DNA from: Octopus bimaculoides
Taxonomy: Eukaryota
Assembly: GCF_001194135.2 (NCBI RefSeq)
Contig: NC_068982.1
Location: 98,463,469 to 98,527,468, forward strand
Direction of reading: 5' to 3'
DNA: 64,000 bases
In this document: one piece after another, positions 11,389 through 24,639 of the stretch
Position numbering within the stretch: position 1 is the stretch's first letter
Layout of the letters: each line of letters begins with the position of its first letter
Position numbers and translations under genes: made by a program
The notes under the pieces: generated by a model
The model's database searches: none
Seen by the model: only the letters and a program-made list of their open reading frames with translations
Told to the model about the DNA's origin: nothing

Positions 11389-11434
<46 letters not shown>

Positions 11435-11457
11435 GTTGTTGTTGTTGTTGTTGTTAT
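11363..11457. repeat. (TTA)n(TTG)n microsatellite
   Basis: Direct repeat. Confidence 0.95.
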
Positions 11458-12699
11458 TCGTTTCACTACAATGCTCCAGCCTGTAGCTAAAAAAAAGAAA
11501 GTACTACAAATGTGTGCCGTTTACGTTTCCGTAACTATGGAAACAAGAGAACCGTGTGGTATCAGGAGCAGAGGACGTAATTGACCAAACGTCTTTGTGC
11601 ATTAAGAAACGGTTCCTTCGAGTTGAGTTCAAATATATCGAGGGTTAACTTAGCTATTTTCGTCGTTCGGTAACATTTATAAATACTTATTTTTAGGTTA
11701 ATTTTGGGATTTAGTCAGAGGAGGAAAGGCACCGCCCATAACCGTCTGATGAATCTCCAAGACTACTGAGTGAAAAAGAGGAAGAGGAACGACGGTTCTA
11801 AATGGTTTTACAAGAAAGGAGTCAATTAAAGGGACCCAAAGTCCAGCCGATGGTGTTAAACCAGACGTGCACCGATGTCTCAGCGTATCGATTCCACATA
11901 CTTCTTCAAAGATTAATCAAGTCCTTAAAAAATCCTGAATCATGAGAACAGCCAACAATGAGTCGATTTCATGATCCGGTCTTTCTCCTATTGCTCACTC
12001 TTTTTTATTTCACTTTATAACATTAAATCTTCAGACAAAAAGGTTAACTCCACCACTCCCCACTTCGTGTTCTCTATGAATCTCAAAGCGCTGATGGCCA
12101 AATGTTAATGGTACCAGGTAGGCAGTTTTGGACGGCTTGAGGGGTAATGGATACTGACCTACCTTTGAAAGATTCTACCTTGTCCCAGGCACTGCATTAC
12201 TGCATGATTGGAATTTAACTCTCATTAGCTAAATTCAGCAAGTACCAGGTAGGTAAGGTATGTGGTAGAACACCTGGTTATGAACAGCTGTAGCATTGTG
12301 ACGAGTGAATTGTTGGTATGTAGTGTTAATAAAAATTCAGTTGGCGTCATCCTTTCCAGGGAATATTTATTTCATATCCACTTAGCGTTGCCGGAAACAG
12401 GGGTAAGATAAGCATGTTATTTGGTAAAAGATTAACTATATATCTGAAACCTTGTACTTTATCAAAATACATAATTGTAGAAAAGGGAGTAAATGGACAA
12501 ATTAATGTGATTTATAGTCTGTTAGTTTATTCCGCTTATCCCTTTTCTGATTACAGTCATTGCATTGAGGCCATGGTAGGGCACCACTACAAATACTTAT
12601 TTCAACCTGACACTTATTTTATCGTTTTATACTAATCGAATAGCTAAGTTAAATTCTTGATATATAGTGAGTTAACCTCGACACATCAGTTTATACCAC

Positions 12700-12853
<154 letters not shown>

Positions 12854-13031
12854 TGTGTATATGAAGGTTGGTGAGACATGATTATGTTGGTGTCGATTTT
12901 CCTATTAGTCCCTCATGTTTCCTCTGAAACAATAACGCCCCTAAATCTGTTAATCTATTTACATTTTTAAGACATTCACCGCCACATCATCAGGCTATAC
13001 TAAAAGTTACTAGCTTAATGTACCGAGCAGT

Positions 13032-13236
13032 AAGACGACGAGCTGGCAGAAACGTCAGCACGCCGCTACGTTCTGAGTTCAAATTCCGCCGAGGTCGACT
13101 TTGCCTTTCATCCTTTCGGGGGTCGATTAAATAAGTACCAGTTACGTACTAGGGTCAATATCATCGACTTAATCCGTTTGTCTGTCCTTGTTTGTCCCCT
13201 CTGTGTGTAGCCCCTTGTGGGCAGTAAAGAAATAAG
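13032..13236 (+). mobile_element. tRNA-derived SINE type D, copy 1 (Meta-domain-like core)
   Basis: GAGCTGGCAGAAACG head, B box GAGTTCAAATTCC, core GACTTTGCCTTTCATCCTTTCGGGGGTCGAT..AAGTACCAG (resembles the MetaSINE central domain), tail ..GTAGCCCCTTGTGGGCAGTAAAGAAATAA. Confidence 0.85.
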
Positions 13237-13438
13237 AGACGTTAGCAGGCTGAGTTAAATGCTTAGTGGTATTTCGTCTGTCTTTACGTTCTGAGTTCAA
13301 ATTCCGCCGTGGTCGATTCGTCTTTCATCCTTTCGGAGTCGATAAATTAAGTACCAGTTGCGTACTGGGGTCGATCTAATCGACAGGGCTTCCTCCCCCA
13401 AAATTTCGGGCCCTGTGCCTAGAGTAGAAAAGAATATA
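13237..13438 (+). mobile_element. tRNA-derived SINE type D, copy 2 (alternative 3' tail)
   Basis: Same B box and core as copy 1, but the tail is ..CCTCCCCCAAAATTTCGGGCCCTGTGCCTAGAGTAGAAAAGAAT. Confidence 0.85.
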
Positions 13439-14674
13439 CCGAGCATTGATTTCGATCGCAAACCATATGGTCTCGAAACACCCATCTTAACTACACAATC
13501 ATTCCTGAGTTTATAGACTGTTAACTTGCTTTATTATTCTCTGCTTTTATGCGCTTCAGTCCTAAGGCTGTGGCTATGCTGGAGCACCGCCAGAGAAAAA
13601 CAGGTAATGGGTGTATGACATTGTTCAGGCGTTCTTGCTCTTCCATCAACATCACATTTGCTTTTTGTTATTTTTTTGTTTATTCTTTCCTTAGAAAAAA
13701 TTCCTTTTACCACGCAAACATCATTATCTCGTCTACTGTATACTGATGGACATAATTAGAAGTCCGTTGAATAAATGGCAATTAAGTAAATTTGTCATGA
13801 CGGTTAAACAAATATAATTACAAGATGTGATATAATATCTTTAGATGTGCAATGACAGAAAGGTAACGGTTTTTAAATATATAATGTCGGATAGGAACGG
13901 CTAAGATAATTCTTAAATGTGGCCTGTCTTGCCAAGAAAGTGAGAGATATGGAACAACATAATACTTTTTCTTTTTGAAGTCCTTTCCTTATAAATTAAA
14001 GGAGATTCGGTGTCTGCTGTTTACGTCATCTGTTAGGCGGATGAAATCTGATGGTAGACATTTCAATGTGCTATGATGGGCAGAATAGGGATGTTAATGC
14101 CATGAAATACACCCATTTAGGTAGGTTAACTGCCGAAAATATTATCTTAAATCTACGAAAAAATGTCGGTAAAAAAAAATTAGAAGCATATGATCTGAAA
14201 TGGGTCAGTTCAGTTCAAACGAATGAAGTACACAAACATACACACACACAATCACACACACACACACATACACACACCACACACACACACACACACCACA
14301 CACACACACATACACACACAACTCACATACACACACACATACCTGCACTCACACGCACGCACACATGCAGGAACGCACCCAAACATACACATACTTAGAC
14401 TCACATAGGTATCATCGCTTGTCATCTCTGGACGAACAGAACTATGACCATAGGCGCTCCAGATCTGGATATCTCGTTTTATTTCGCGACAGTGTGTAAT
14501 CTAAAATCTTATTATCCAATTCATCTTTTATTTTCTAAGGTAGTATGATGTGAATTAAAGTTGGATCCTTAGGGTTGTGTTACGATAATTTGAGAAAACA
14601 CATTTCACATGAACAGGTAAACGAATGTATATATATGGGTAATTACGGGGCAGGGGTTAATGATTATTAAAGCA

Positions 14675-14733
<59 letters not shown>

Positions 14734-15217
14734 NNNNNNNNNNNNNNNNNNNNNNNNNNNNNNNNNNNNNNNNNNNNNNNNNNNNNNNNNNNNNNNNNNN
14801 NNNNNNNNNNNNNNNNNNNNNNNNNNNNNNNNNNNNNNNNNNNNNNNNNNNNNNNNNNNNNNNNNNNNNNNNNNNNNNNNNNNNNNNNNNNNNNNNNNNN
14901 NNNNNNNNNNNNNNNNNNNNNNNNNNNNNNNNNNNNNNNNNNNNNNNNNNNNNNNNNNNNNNNNNNNNNNNNNNNNNNNNNNNNNNNNNNNNNNNNNNNN
15001 NNNNNNNNNNNNNNNNNNNNNNNNNNNNNNNNNNNNNNNNNNNNNNNNNNNNNNNNNNNNNNNNNNNNNNNNNNNNNNNNNNNNNNNNNNNNNNNNNNNN
15101 NNNNNNNNNNNNNNNNNNNCTCACACAGACATAGAAATGATCACATGTACATGCGACACCTCCATTTATAGATGCATACACAAAGAAACATACATACCTG
15201 CAGACACACACTCACGC

Positions 15218-15271
<54 letters not shown>

Positions 15272-15847
15272 CATATACATATATACACACGCAAATATAC
15301 ATTTATATGTATGTATGTATGTATGTATGCGTACTTTTTATGTACAGGGCACAGTCATACAGAAAATATTAAAATGCAATCACAATAATGCACAACTTAC
15401 ACAAAGCTTAAGTCTACACGAAGACCGAGACACGCAAAAGCATTCATACACACATACACACATACATAAACACATACATAGCATTTATACACAAACACGC
15501 TGGCAGAAAATCACATGATGCACACTCCAGTACAGTCTCATATACAAAGACACACACACACACACACACGCACACGCACACACACACGCACACGCACACA
15601 CGCACACACACACGCACACACGCGCGTATGTGTTGTGTTTGTGTGTATATGTGCATGTGTGTATGTGTGTGTGTATAAACCAGACTAGTTATGGGCAGGA
15701 GCCAATTACAGATGAACGACTCAACTCGGGATTAGATGTCGCGATTAATATAATCTATTAGATTATTTAAAATCTTTACGTAATTTGTGTGTGTGTAAAT
15801 ACACAAACACACACACATATATAAGCGTGTGTGTATGTGTATGCATG

Positions 15848-15893
<46 letters not shown>

Positions 15894-16845
15894 TATATGA
15901 ACTACTAGCGTTCTACCTCAGATTTGCGTTTGGCCGTACGGCTTTTGAATGTTGTTTTCACTGTCCATTTTTTCCTGTCTTGGTTTGTGTTTGCCACCTT
16001 GGAATCCTCTGTGTAGTGGGTTGATCCACTACTCAGGAAGAGACTATTCTAGAGTACGTCCTGTCTGGTCTTCGAAACGTCTAGATAGAATAGAGANNNN
16101 NNNNNNNNNNNNNNNNNNNNNNNNNNNNNNNNNNNNNNNNNNNNNNNNNNNNNNNNNNNNNNNNNNNNNNNNNNNNNNNNNNNNNNNNNNNNNNNNNNNN
16201 NNNNNNNNNNNNNNNNNNNNNNNNNNNNNNNNNNNNNNNNNNNNNNNNNNNNNNNNNNNNNNNNNNNNNNNNNNNNNNNNNNNNNNNNNNNNNNNNNNNN
16301 NNNNNNNNNNNNNNNNNNNNNNNNNNNNNNNNNNNNNNNNNNNNNNNNNNNNNNNNNNNNNNNNNNNNNNNNNNNNNNNNNNNNNNNNNNNNNNNNNNNN
16401 NNNNNNNNNNNNNNNNNNNNNNNNNNNNNNNNNNNNNNNNNNNNNNNNNNNNNNNNNNNNNNNNNNNNNNNNNNNNNNNNNNNNNNNNNNNNNNNNNNNN
16501 NNNNNNNNNNNNNNNNNNNNNNNNNNNNNNNNNNNNNNNNNNNNNNNNNNNNNNNNNNNNNNNNNNNNNNNNNNNNNNNNNNNNNNNNNNNNNNNNNNNN
16601 NNNNNNNNNNNNNNNNNNNNNNNNNNNNNNNNNNNNNNNNNNNNNNNNNNNNNNNNNNNNNNNNNNNNNNNNNNNNNNNNNNNNNNNNNNNNNNNNNNNN
16701 NNNNNNNNNNNNNNNNNNNNNNNNNNNNNNNNNNNNNNNNNNNNNNNNNNNNNNNNNNNNNNNNNNNNNNNNNNNNNNNNNNNNNNNNNNNNNNNNNNNN
16801 NNNNNNNNNNNNNNNNNNNNNNNNNNNNNNNTATGTGTATGCATG

Positions 16846-16889
<44 letters not shown>

Positions 16890-16890
16890 T

Positions 16891-17048
16891 ACGACGAGCT
16901 TCTTTCAGTTTCCGTCTACCAAATCCACTCACAAGGCTTTGGTCGGCCCGAGGCTATAGTAGAAGACACTTGCCCAAGGTGCCACGCAGTGGGACTGAAC
17001 CCGGAACCATGTGGTTGGTAAGCAAGCTACCTACCACACAGCCACTCC
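16891..17048 (-). mobile_element. SINE type C, 5' half
   Basis: Reverse complement of GGAGTGGCTGTGTGGTAGGTAGCTTGCTTACCAACCACATGGTTCCGGGTTCAGTCCCACTGCGTGGCACCTTGGGCAAGTGTCTTC.. (tRNA head and CORE-like segment), ending in the internal (TA)n. Confidence 0.9.
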
Positions 17049-18082
17049 AGTATGTGTATATATGCGTATAAATGAGTGACTGCATGAGTCGTTGTTGAAG
17101 TTATGCGTTTGCGAGTGCGTGTACATGTATTCATTCGAAGTTATGATTCTTTATCTATGCGTCGACATACGGCATACGTGTATTGTCATGTGATTTACTC
17201 TTTGCGGGTTTGTCTATTAATGCGTATATATGTGTGCGTGTATGTTTTTGTATGTATATATATATATATTTATGCATACGTACGGTATGTATAAGTTGGG
17301 TATTTGTGCGCGCGCGCACATGTGTGTGTGCACATTAATGTTAGGTCACGAGCATTAGTTTGTAAGAATGTATGCAACTTGTGTATATGCATACGTTAGT
17401 GTGTCTATTAATACGTGTGTATGTGTGTGTGAGTGTATATATATATATATATATATGAACCTGCGTGCATCCGTATACGTTTGATAGTGATGTGCATGCG
17501 TGTCTATGTTCATTGATGTATAAAGTGCACACCTTTGTGAGAATATTATGAGCATATTTATACATGCGCACGCACGTGCGCGCGCACACTAACGCACACA
17601 TGCAGACACACACACGCACACACACAGACACACACACACACACACATACACACACACACACTTTCACACAAAGTTACAAACATACAGGTTCTAAAGAAAA
17701 CGACAAACGTATCCTTGATGTTTATACACACATCCATACACACGTGTATGGATGCACTGAAAAACACAACTTTCTCATCAAACATTAACAGAAACGTCAT
17801 CACTTCGATACACGAAAGTATATTGATGCCAAGCACGAGGCATATGGAGTAAATACTCAAGATAAATACACACACACACACACACACGCAAGTACGGACA
17901 CAAATACAAAAGCGCGTGCACACGCACACACATACACACGCACATAAACAAAAGCACACACATGCGCACACACACGCATACACAAACACACACACTTCTA
18001 CCAGAATTCAAAGTTGGGTGAGAGCTGCTCAAGTATGCAAACATGTGTAACCAAAAGTACAACATGATATCTATATATTATA

Positions 18083-18288
18083 TTCTTTTCACTCTTTCAC
18101 TCGTTTCAGTCGTTTGACTATGGCCATGCTGGAGCACCGCCTTTAGTCGAACAAATCGACCCCAGGACTTTTGTAAATGTAGTACTTTTTCTAACTCTCT
18201 CTTTTTGGCTGAACCGTTAAGTTACGAAGACGTAAACACACCTGCATCGGTTGTCAAGCGATGGTAGGGTGAACAAACACACACACAC

Positions 18289-18328
<40 letters not shown>

Positions 18329-18455
18329 CGGGCTTCTTTCAGTTTCCGTCAACCAAATCTCCTCACAAGGCATTGGTCGACCCGAGGCTATAGTAGAAGA
18401 CACTTGCCCAAGGTGCCTCCCAGTGGGACTGAACTTAGGACCATGTGTTTGGAAA
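18083..18455 (-). mobile_element. SINE type C, near full length (5' end lost in gap)
   Basis: Matches the other type C copies and has an internal (CA)n. Confidence 0.9.
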
Positions 18456-19060
18456 NNNNNNNNNNNNNNNNNNNNNNNNNNNNNNNNNNNNNNNNNNNNN
18501 NNNNNNNNNNNNNNNNNNNNNNNNNNNNNNNNNNNNNNNNNNNNNNNNNNNNNNNNNNNNNNNNNNNNNNNNNNNNNNNNNNNNNNNNNNNNNNNNNNNN
18601 NNNNNNNNNNNNNNNNNNNNNNNNNNNNNNNNNNNNNNNNNNNNNNNNNNNNNNNNNNNNNNNNNNNNNNNNNNNNNNNNNNNNNNNNNNNNNNNNNNNN
18701 NNNNNNNNNNNNNNNNNNNNNNNNNNNNNNNNNNNNNNNNNNNNNNNNNNNNNNNNNNNNNNNNNNNNNNNNNNNNNNNNNNNNNNNNNNNNNNNNNNNN
18801 NNNNNNNNNNNNNNNNNNNNNNNNNNNNNNNNNNNNNNNNNNNNNNNNNNNNNNNNNNNNNNNNNNNNNNNNNNNNNNNNNNNNNNNNNNNNNNNNNNNN
18901 NNNNNNNNNNNNNNNNNNNNNNNNNNNNNNNNNNNNNNNNNNNNNNNNNNNNNNNNNNNNNNNNNNNNNNNNNNNNNNNNNNNNNNNNNNNNNNNNNNNN
19001 NNNNNNNNNNNNNNNNNNNNNNNNNNNNNNNNNNNNNNNNNNNNNNNNNNNNNNNNNNNN

Positions 19061-19123
<63 letters not shown>

Positions 19124-19167
19124 GTCGTATGAATGTATGCAGGTAGGTGTGTACGTATGTGTGTGTA

Positions 19168-19422
19168 TCTTTATCTCTTATCTTTTAGTTGTTTCAGTCA
19201 CATGACTGCGGCCAAGCTGGGACTTAGCCGAACAAATCGACCTCCATACTTACTTTTTAAAGTCAGGTGCTCACTCTATCGAGTTCTTTTCCGAAACCGC
19301 TCAGTTATGGGGACGTAAACAAACCGAAACACACACGCACAAACACACACACTCTCTCTCTCTCTCTTTCTCTCTTTCTCTCTGACTGTCTGTCTATCTC
19401 TCTTTCTCTCTCTCTCTCTCTT

Positions 19423-19471
<49 letters not shown>

Positions 19472-19575
19472 AAATCTGGTACTTATTCTATCGGTCTCTT
19501 TTGCCGAACTACGATATTGCTGGGATGTAAACTAACACCAGTTGTTAAGCGGTGGATGGGGGTGACAAACACATA
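19168..19575 (-). mobile_element. SINE type C 3'-half fragments separated by (CT)n
   Basis: Two partial matches (19168-19330 and 19470-19575) to the type C 3' half. Confidence 0.7.
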
Positions 19576-19624
19576 CCCAAAAACACACACATAACACACA
19601 CACACGCACGTACACCCATCTGTA

Positions 19625-19683
<59 letters not shown>

Positions 19684-20191
19684 TTGTGTGTGTTTGTGTG
19701 TGTATATATATATATAAACAATATATATTAACAATTGCAGCGTGGAAGATGTTTGTAAGCCATTCAAGAACCCACAACAAAGAATGTTAGTTTCCCTTCA
19801 ACATTTAAATGATGCAGCACAAAGTTTTATCTCAAAGGATAGCCCAAATCGATTAGGGCTATCCTTTGAGTAAACAACGCACAGAGTACTCCGGATACGA
19901 TATGATATATATCCACCTTTGCTACTACAATTATCTCCGGAAAATACCCATGTTTACTGCTGGAATGAAGCTACACTCCAAGTACTGTTTCTTCTTTGTT
20001 CTTTTTTCAGCGCATCACTCTCACTTCCTACTACAAATCTTTTCTTATAGATGTAATAATCCATTCCTCTACTATTGCCGTCTCCGATAGAGGGATACAT
20101 TGGATTTTCCCTGAAACAGCTGTAAGACTTTATCCATAAAATAAATTTCTAACTTTGCCATTGGTCTCTTTATCTTTTTCTCTCTTTATAC

Positions 20192-20224
<33 letters not shown>

Positions 20225-20564
20225 NNNNNNNNNNNNNNNNNNNNNNNNNNNNNNNNNNNNNNNNNNNNNNNNNNNNNNNNNNNNNNNNNNNNNNNNNNNN
20301 NNNNNNNNNNNNNNNNNNNNNNNNNNNNNNNNNNNNNNNNNNNNNNNNNNNNNNNNNNNNNNNNNNNNNNNNNNNNNNNNNNNNNNNNNNNNNNNNNNNN
20401 NNNNNNNNNNNNNNNNNNNNNNNNNNNNNNNNNNNNNNNNNNNNNNNNNNNNNNNNNNNNNNNNNNNNNNNNNNNNNNNNNNNNNNNNNNNNNNNNNNNN
20501 NNNNNNNNNNNNNNNNNNNNNNNNNNNNNNNNNNNNNNNNNNNNNNNNNNNNTATATATATATC

Positions 20565-20710
20565 GTCGTCGTCGTCTATCAAAATCATTCACAAAGAATC
20601 GGTTGGCCCAGTTACAGTAAAAGACAATTGCCAAAGATAACACTCAGTGGAACTTAAACCAAAACCATGAGGTTGCAAAACAAACTTATTAAACACTCAA
20701 CCATGTGTGC
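20565..20710 (-). mobile_element. SINE type C 5' half, highly decayed
   Basis: Residual similarity: CAAAATCATTCACAAAG..AAGACAATTGCCAAAG..CAGTGGAACTTAAACC. Confidence 0.55.
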
Positions 20711-21041
20711 GACTACGTTAATCAGTGGCTAAGTTGCAATCTCAAAAGGCTGGCTTGGTCAGCCAAAACACCTAAGCTAATGCACTCTTTGAAAATACTA
20801 TTTCTTAATGGAACAGAATAACTCGAAAACTTTTCTAAAAACTTTTTCAATGCGTGTCATAGCGTTTGTGTTATTCGATTTTCAGTGAAGGAACATTGTT
20901 TCTTTATTAAAAATCGACTCCTTCCAACTCCTTGGTTTTAGGAATAATTCAAATAATAATAAAAGAATAACACACACATACACACACACATACATATATT
21001 AATACATACTTACATACATACATACATACACACATACGTAC

Positions 21042-21285
21042 ATAATTATTGGGGCCCTGGGATATGTAACGCACTGCCTAAATACCAATCTTGATAAATT
21101 AGGCTTCTCAAAACCAGAAAGGAGAAAGCTAATTCGAAGACTATAGATCCAATCCATCACTGGAACTGTAAAAATCTGTAAAACTTTCCTGAAGTTTATC
21201 ATTTGAATATATATGAGCATGTCTAGATATGCAACCATATGCATGAGAATACATACATAAAGGAAAACATACCAATCTGCACACA
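21042..21285 (+). mobile_element. 5'-truncated RLE-type LINE (3' end) within a (TACA)n tract
   Basis: Translates IIIGALGYVTHCLNTNLDKLGFSKPERRKLIRRL*IQSITGTVKICKTFLKFII* (RLE C-terminus). A short 3' UTR follows and runs into (ACAT)n; the 5' flank is also (ACAT)n. Confidence 0.75.
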
Positions 21286-21501
21286 TACATACATACATAC
21301 ATACATACATACATACATACATACAAAGAAAAATACCCTATTGCTGATGTTGAAATTTCAATGAAGGAGCCTTGGATCTAGGTTTGAAACCAGCTCTTTC
21401 TCTATTGTCAAGAAATCTTGAAATAAAACTAAACAACGACATACATGCGTACATACATTAATACATACATATATGCATACATATATACATGCATACATAC
21501 A

Positions 21502-21535
<34 letters not shown>

Positions 21536-21572
21536 CATACACACATACATACATGTATGCATGCATACATAC

Positions 21573-21602
<30 letters not shown>

Positions 21603-21603
<1 letters not shown>

Positions 21604-22150
21604 CAATGTTGTCAACATCTCTTTGAAAAGAGAAAGAGGATGACTATGGAGAACTGCTTCGAAAACCACAGTTTCTATATCTCGATTCTAACTTCACATT
21701 TATACCAATAATAATTGGAGCACTTGATTTTTTCGGTAAATGCCAATTTGGATACCCTAGGGTTTTCGGAAAATAAATCAACCAATGAACTTGCGCATTA
21801 TAAATACAATCTATAAGTGGAACAGTAAAAATATGCAAGAATTTTCTCAAGTAGGAGTGGCTGTGTGGTAAGTAGCTTGCTTACCAACCACATGGTTCCG
21901 GGTTCAGTGCCACTGCGTGGCATCTTGGGCAAGTGTCTTATACTACAGCTTCGGGCCAACCAAAGCCTTGTGAGTGGATTTGGTACACGGAAACTGAAAG
22001 AAGCCTGTCGTATGTATGTATNNNNNNNNNNNNNNNNNNNNNNNNNNNNNNNNNNNNNNNNNNNNNNNNNNNNNNNNNNNNNNNNNNNNNNNNNNNNNNN
22101 NNNNNNNNNNNNNNNNNNNNNNNNNNNNNNNNNNNNNNNNNNNNNNNNNN

Positions 22151-22192
<42 letters not shown>

Positions 22193-22520
22193 TCCCCCCA
22201 ACATCGCTTGACAACCGATGCTGGTGCGTTTACGTCCTCGTAATTTAGCGGTTCGGCAAAAGAGGGAGATAGAATAAGTACTAGGCTTCCAAAGAATAAG
22301 TACTGGGGTCGATTTGCTCAATTAAAGGCAGTGCTCCAGCATGGCCACAGTCAAAAGACTGAAACAAGTAAAAGAGTAAAAAAGAGTAAGTTTGAAATGT
22401 GACATTGTTTTTGTTGTCTACATTCCAACGATGGAGCTTTGTATCCTTGTTATAAACCAGTTCCTTTCCCAAAGTAAGAATTTAAATGATTAAAAACAGA
22501 AGAGAACATACAAATATACA
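21603..22520 (+). mobile_element. Second RLE-type LINE 3' end, interrupted by SINE type C
   Basis: NVVNISLK..EDDYGELLRKPQFLYLDSNFTFIPIIIGAL..ANLDTLGFSE..IQSISGTVKICKNFLK|FEM*. The reading resumes at 22388 after the SINE. It starts directly after (TACA)n. Confidence 0.7.
21853..22387 (+). mobile_element. SINE type C, full length (gap in internal microsatellite)
   Basis: AGGAGTGGCTGTGTGG head through ..GACTGAAACAAGTAAAAGAGTAAAAAAGAGT tail; short AAGT duplication at the junctions. Confidence 0.92.
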
Positions 22521-23074
22521 AGCTCACTGAGTTATGTAACAATATATCTTTTTATAGAAAATCCTAGAAATGCTGAGCTTGACCAAGAAAGATGAAACAA
22601 GCTGATTCGAATTCGCCCGAACTGTAACGCAGTAAACGCTTGTAAAGCGTTCCAGGGATTCTTCATTTGAGGTGCCTTGGATGATCACGTGAACACAATC
22701 ATATGGAGATACCAAATCACATACACAGAGACACACACATGCTATTAATGAAACACACGCACACACACTACTAAAGTAACATGCTCTTTCACTGCACGAG
22801 TACAGATTTGTAAACACACACGCACACACAGACACATGCAAGCACATATACACATACTCATACACACACGCATGCACACACACAAACAAATTCACATACC
22901 AATAAGCACCGAGAGCTACCTTGCGTTAAATAAAAGTGCATTGCCGTACTGTTAGTGACTAACTTGAATTCCCGAAGGGTAAAAAAACATTAGATCTCAT
23001 ACATACAACCATCTATCCTTACATAAATACATACATATACACAGGGATACAAGTTACTTGCGTATATACATAAA

Positions 23075-23638
23075 TAGATAGACAGGCAGACAGACAGACA
23101 GTTAGACATCCGGTGTTTGCTTGTTTACGTCTCCGCCACATAGCGGTCCACCTAAAGAGACCGATGGAATAAATACCAGACTTTTAAAAAAACACACCGA
23201 GTGGCTGTGTGGTGAGAAGCTTGCTTCCTAACCTTATGGTTCCAGGTTCAGTCCCAGTGCCTGGCACCTTGGTCAAATGACTTCTACTATAGCCTCGGGC
23301 TGACCAAAGCCCTGTGAGTGGATTTGGTGAACGGAAACTGAAAGAAGCTCGTCGTATATATATGTGTATATATATGTGTATGTATATATATATATATATA
23401 TATNNNNNNNNNNNNNNNNNNNNNNNNNNNNNNNNNNNNNNNNNNNNNNNNNNNNNNNNNNNNNNNNNNNNNNNNNNNNNNNNNNNNNNNNNNNNNNNNN
23501 NNNNNNNNNNNNNNNNNNNTATATATATAGGAAAATGAAAAAAAGCCAGAATGCTGAACTGGGAGTATAATTTAATAAAGATTTTTTCTAACCGGTTTTC
23601 TCCACGTGCGGTTAACACAACCCCACTATTTACTGACT

Positions 23639-23669
<31 letters not shown>

Positions 23670-23990
23670 GTATGTGTGTCTTTGTATCTGTGTTTGCCCA
23701 CCCCCCAATCAACGCTTGACAACCGATGCTGGTGTGTTTACATCCCTGCAACTTAGCGGTTCGGAAAAAGAGACCGATGGAATAAGTACTAGACTTACAA
23801 AGAATAAGTCCTCGGGTCGATTTCCTCGACTAAAATTCTGTAAGGCGGTGCTCCAGCATGGCCGCAGTCAAATGAGTGAAACAATTAAAAGAATAGAAGA
23901 ATAGAAGAATGCTAGAGTCCGTTTTCTCGACTAAACCCTTCAAGACGGAACCCCATCATGGTCGTCGTCCAATGACTAAAACAAATAAAA
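23075..23990 (+). mobile_element. SINE type C cluster (decayed mid-fragment 23105-23190, full copy 23199-23910, extra 3' end 23920-23990)
   Basis: Sequence similarity to the other type C copies. Confidence 0.8.
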
Positions 23991-24408
23991 AACAGAAAAA
24001 TACAAAAAGACAATAAATGAAGTATTGAGAAACGTTACGTGACAACATTTCAGCTATAACATAAGATTTCTGATAGTGGCTGTTGAAGCACTTGGTTATG
24101 TAATCGTCTCCGTTGCCAACCAGGATTTATAAGACTAGAACCATACACAACTAATTAAGAAATGTTAATTACAGATCATTAAAGGTGAAAATGTGTAAAA
24201 TAGGTAAAGTTTACTCCGTAATAATTACTCATAGACATGTAGAAGTAGATATACGAATATACACACACGCACACATATAAAGAGAGAGACAGAGAGATAT
24301 GTATGTATGTACGTATTTATGTATGCATGTATGTGTACATATGTCTACCCAAAACCAGATCCACTCCTATAATGACATGCAAACACACATACAGGCACAC
24401 ACGCACGA

Positions 24409-24443
<35 letters not shown>

Positions 24444-24639
24444 TGTATACATTCAAACATGAAGACAGACAGACATACATATATGACTATTATGATGAAG
24501 AAGTGGGTTCGAAACCGGTTCTTTATTGTTGAAAAATTTGAAATTATTTAGAAGACCGTGCATGCATACGTACGTGCATACATATGTATATATACCCAAA
24601 GATTTACAAAACATAGACATAAGCAAAATGAAAGAGCGG

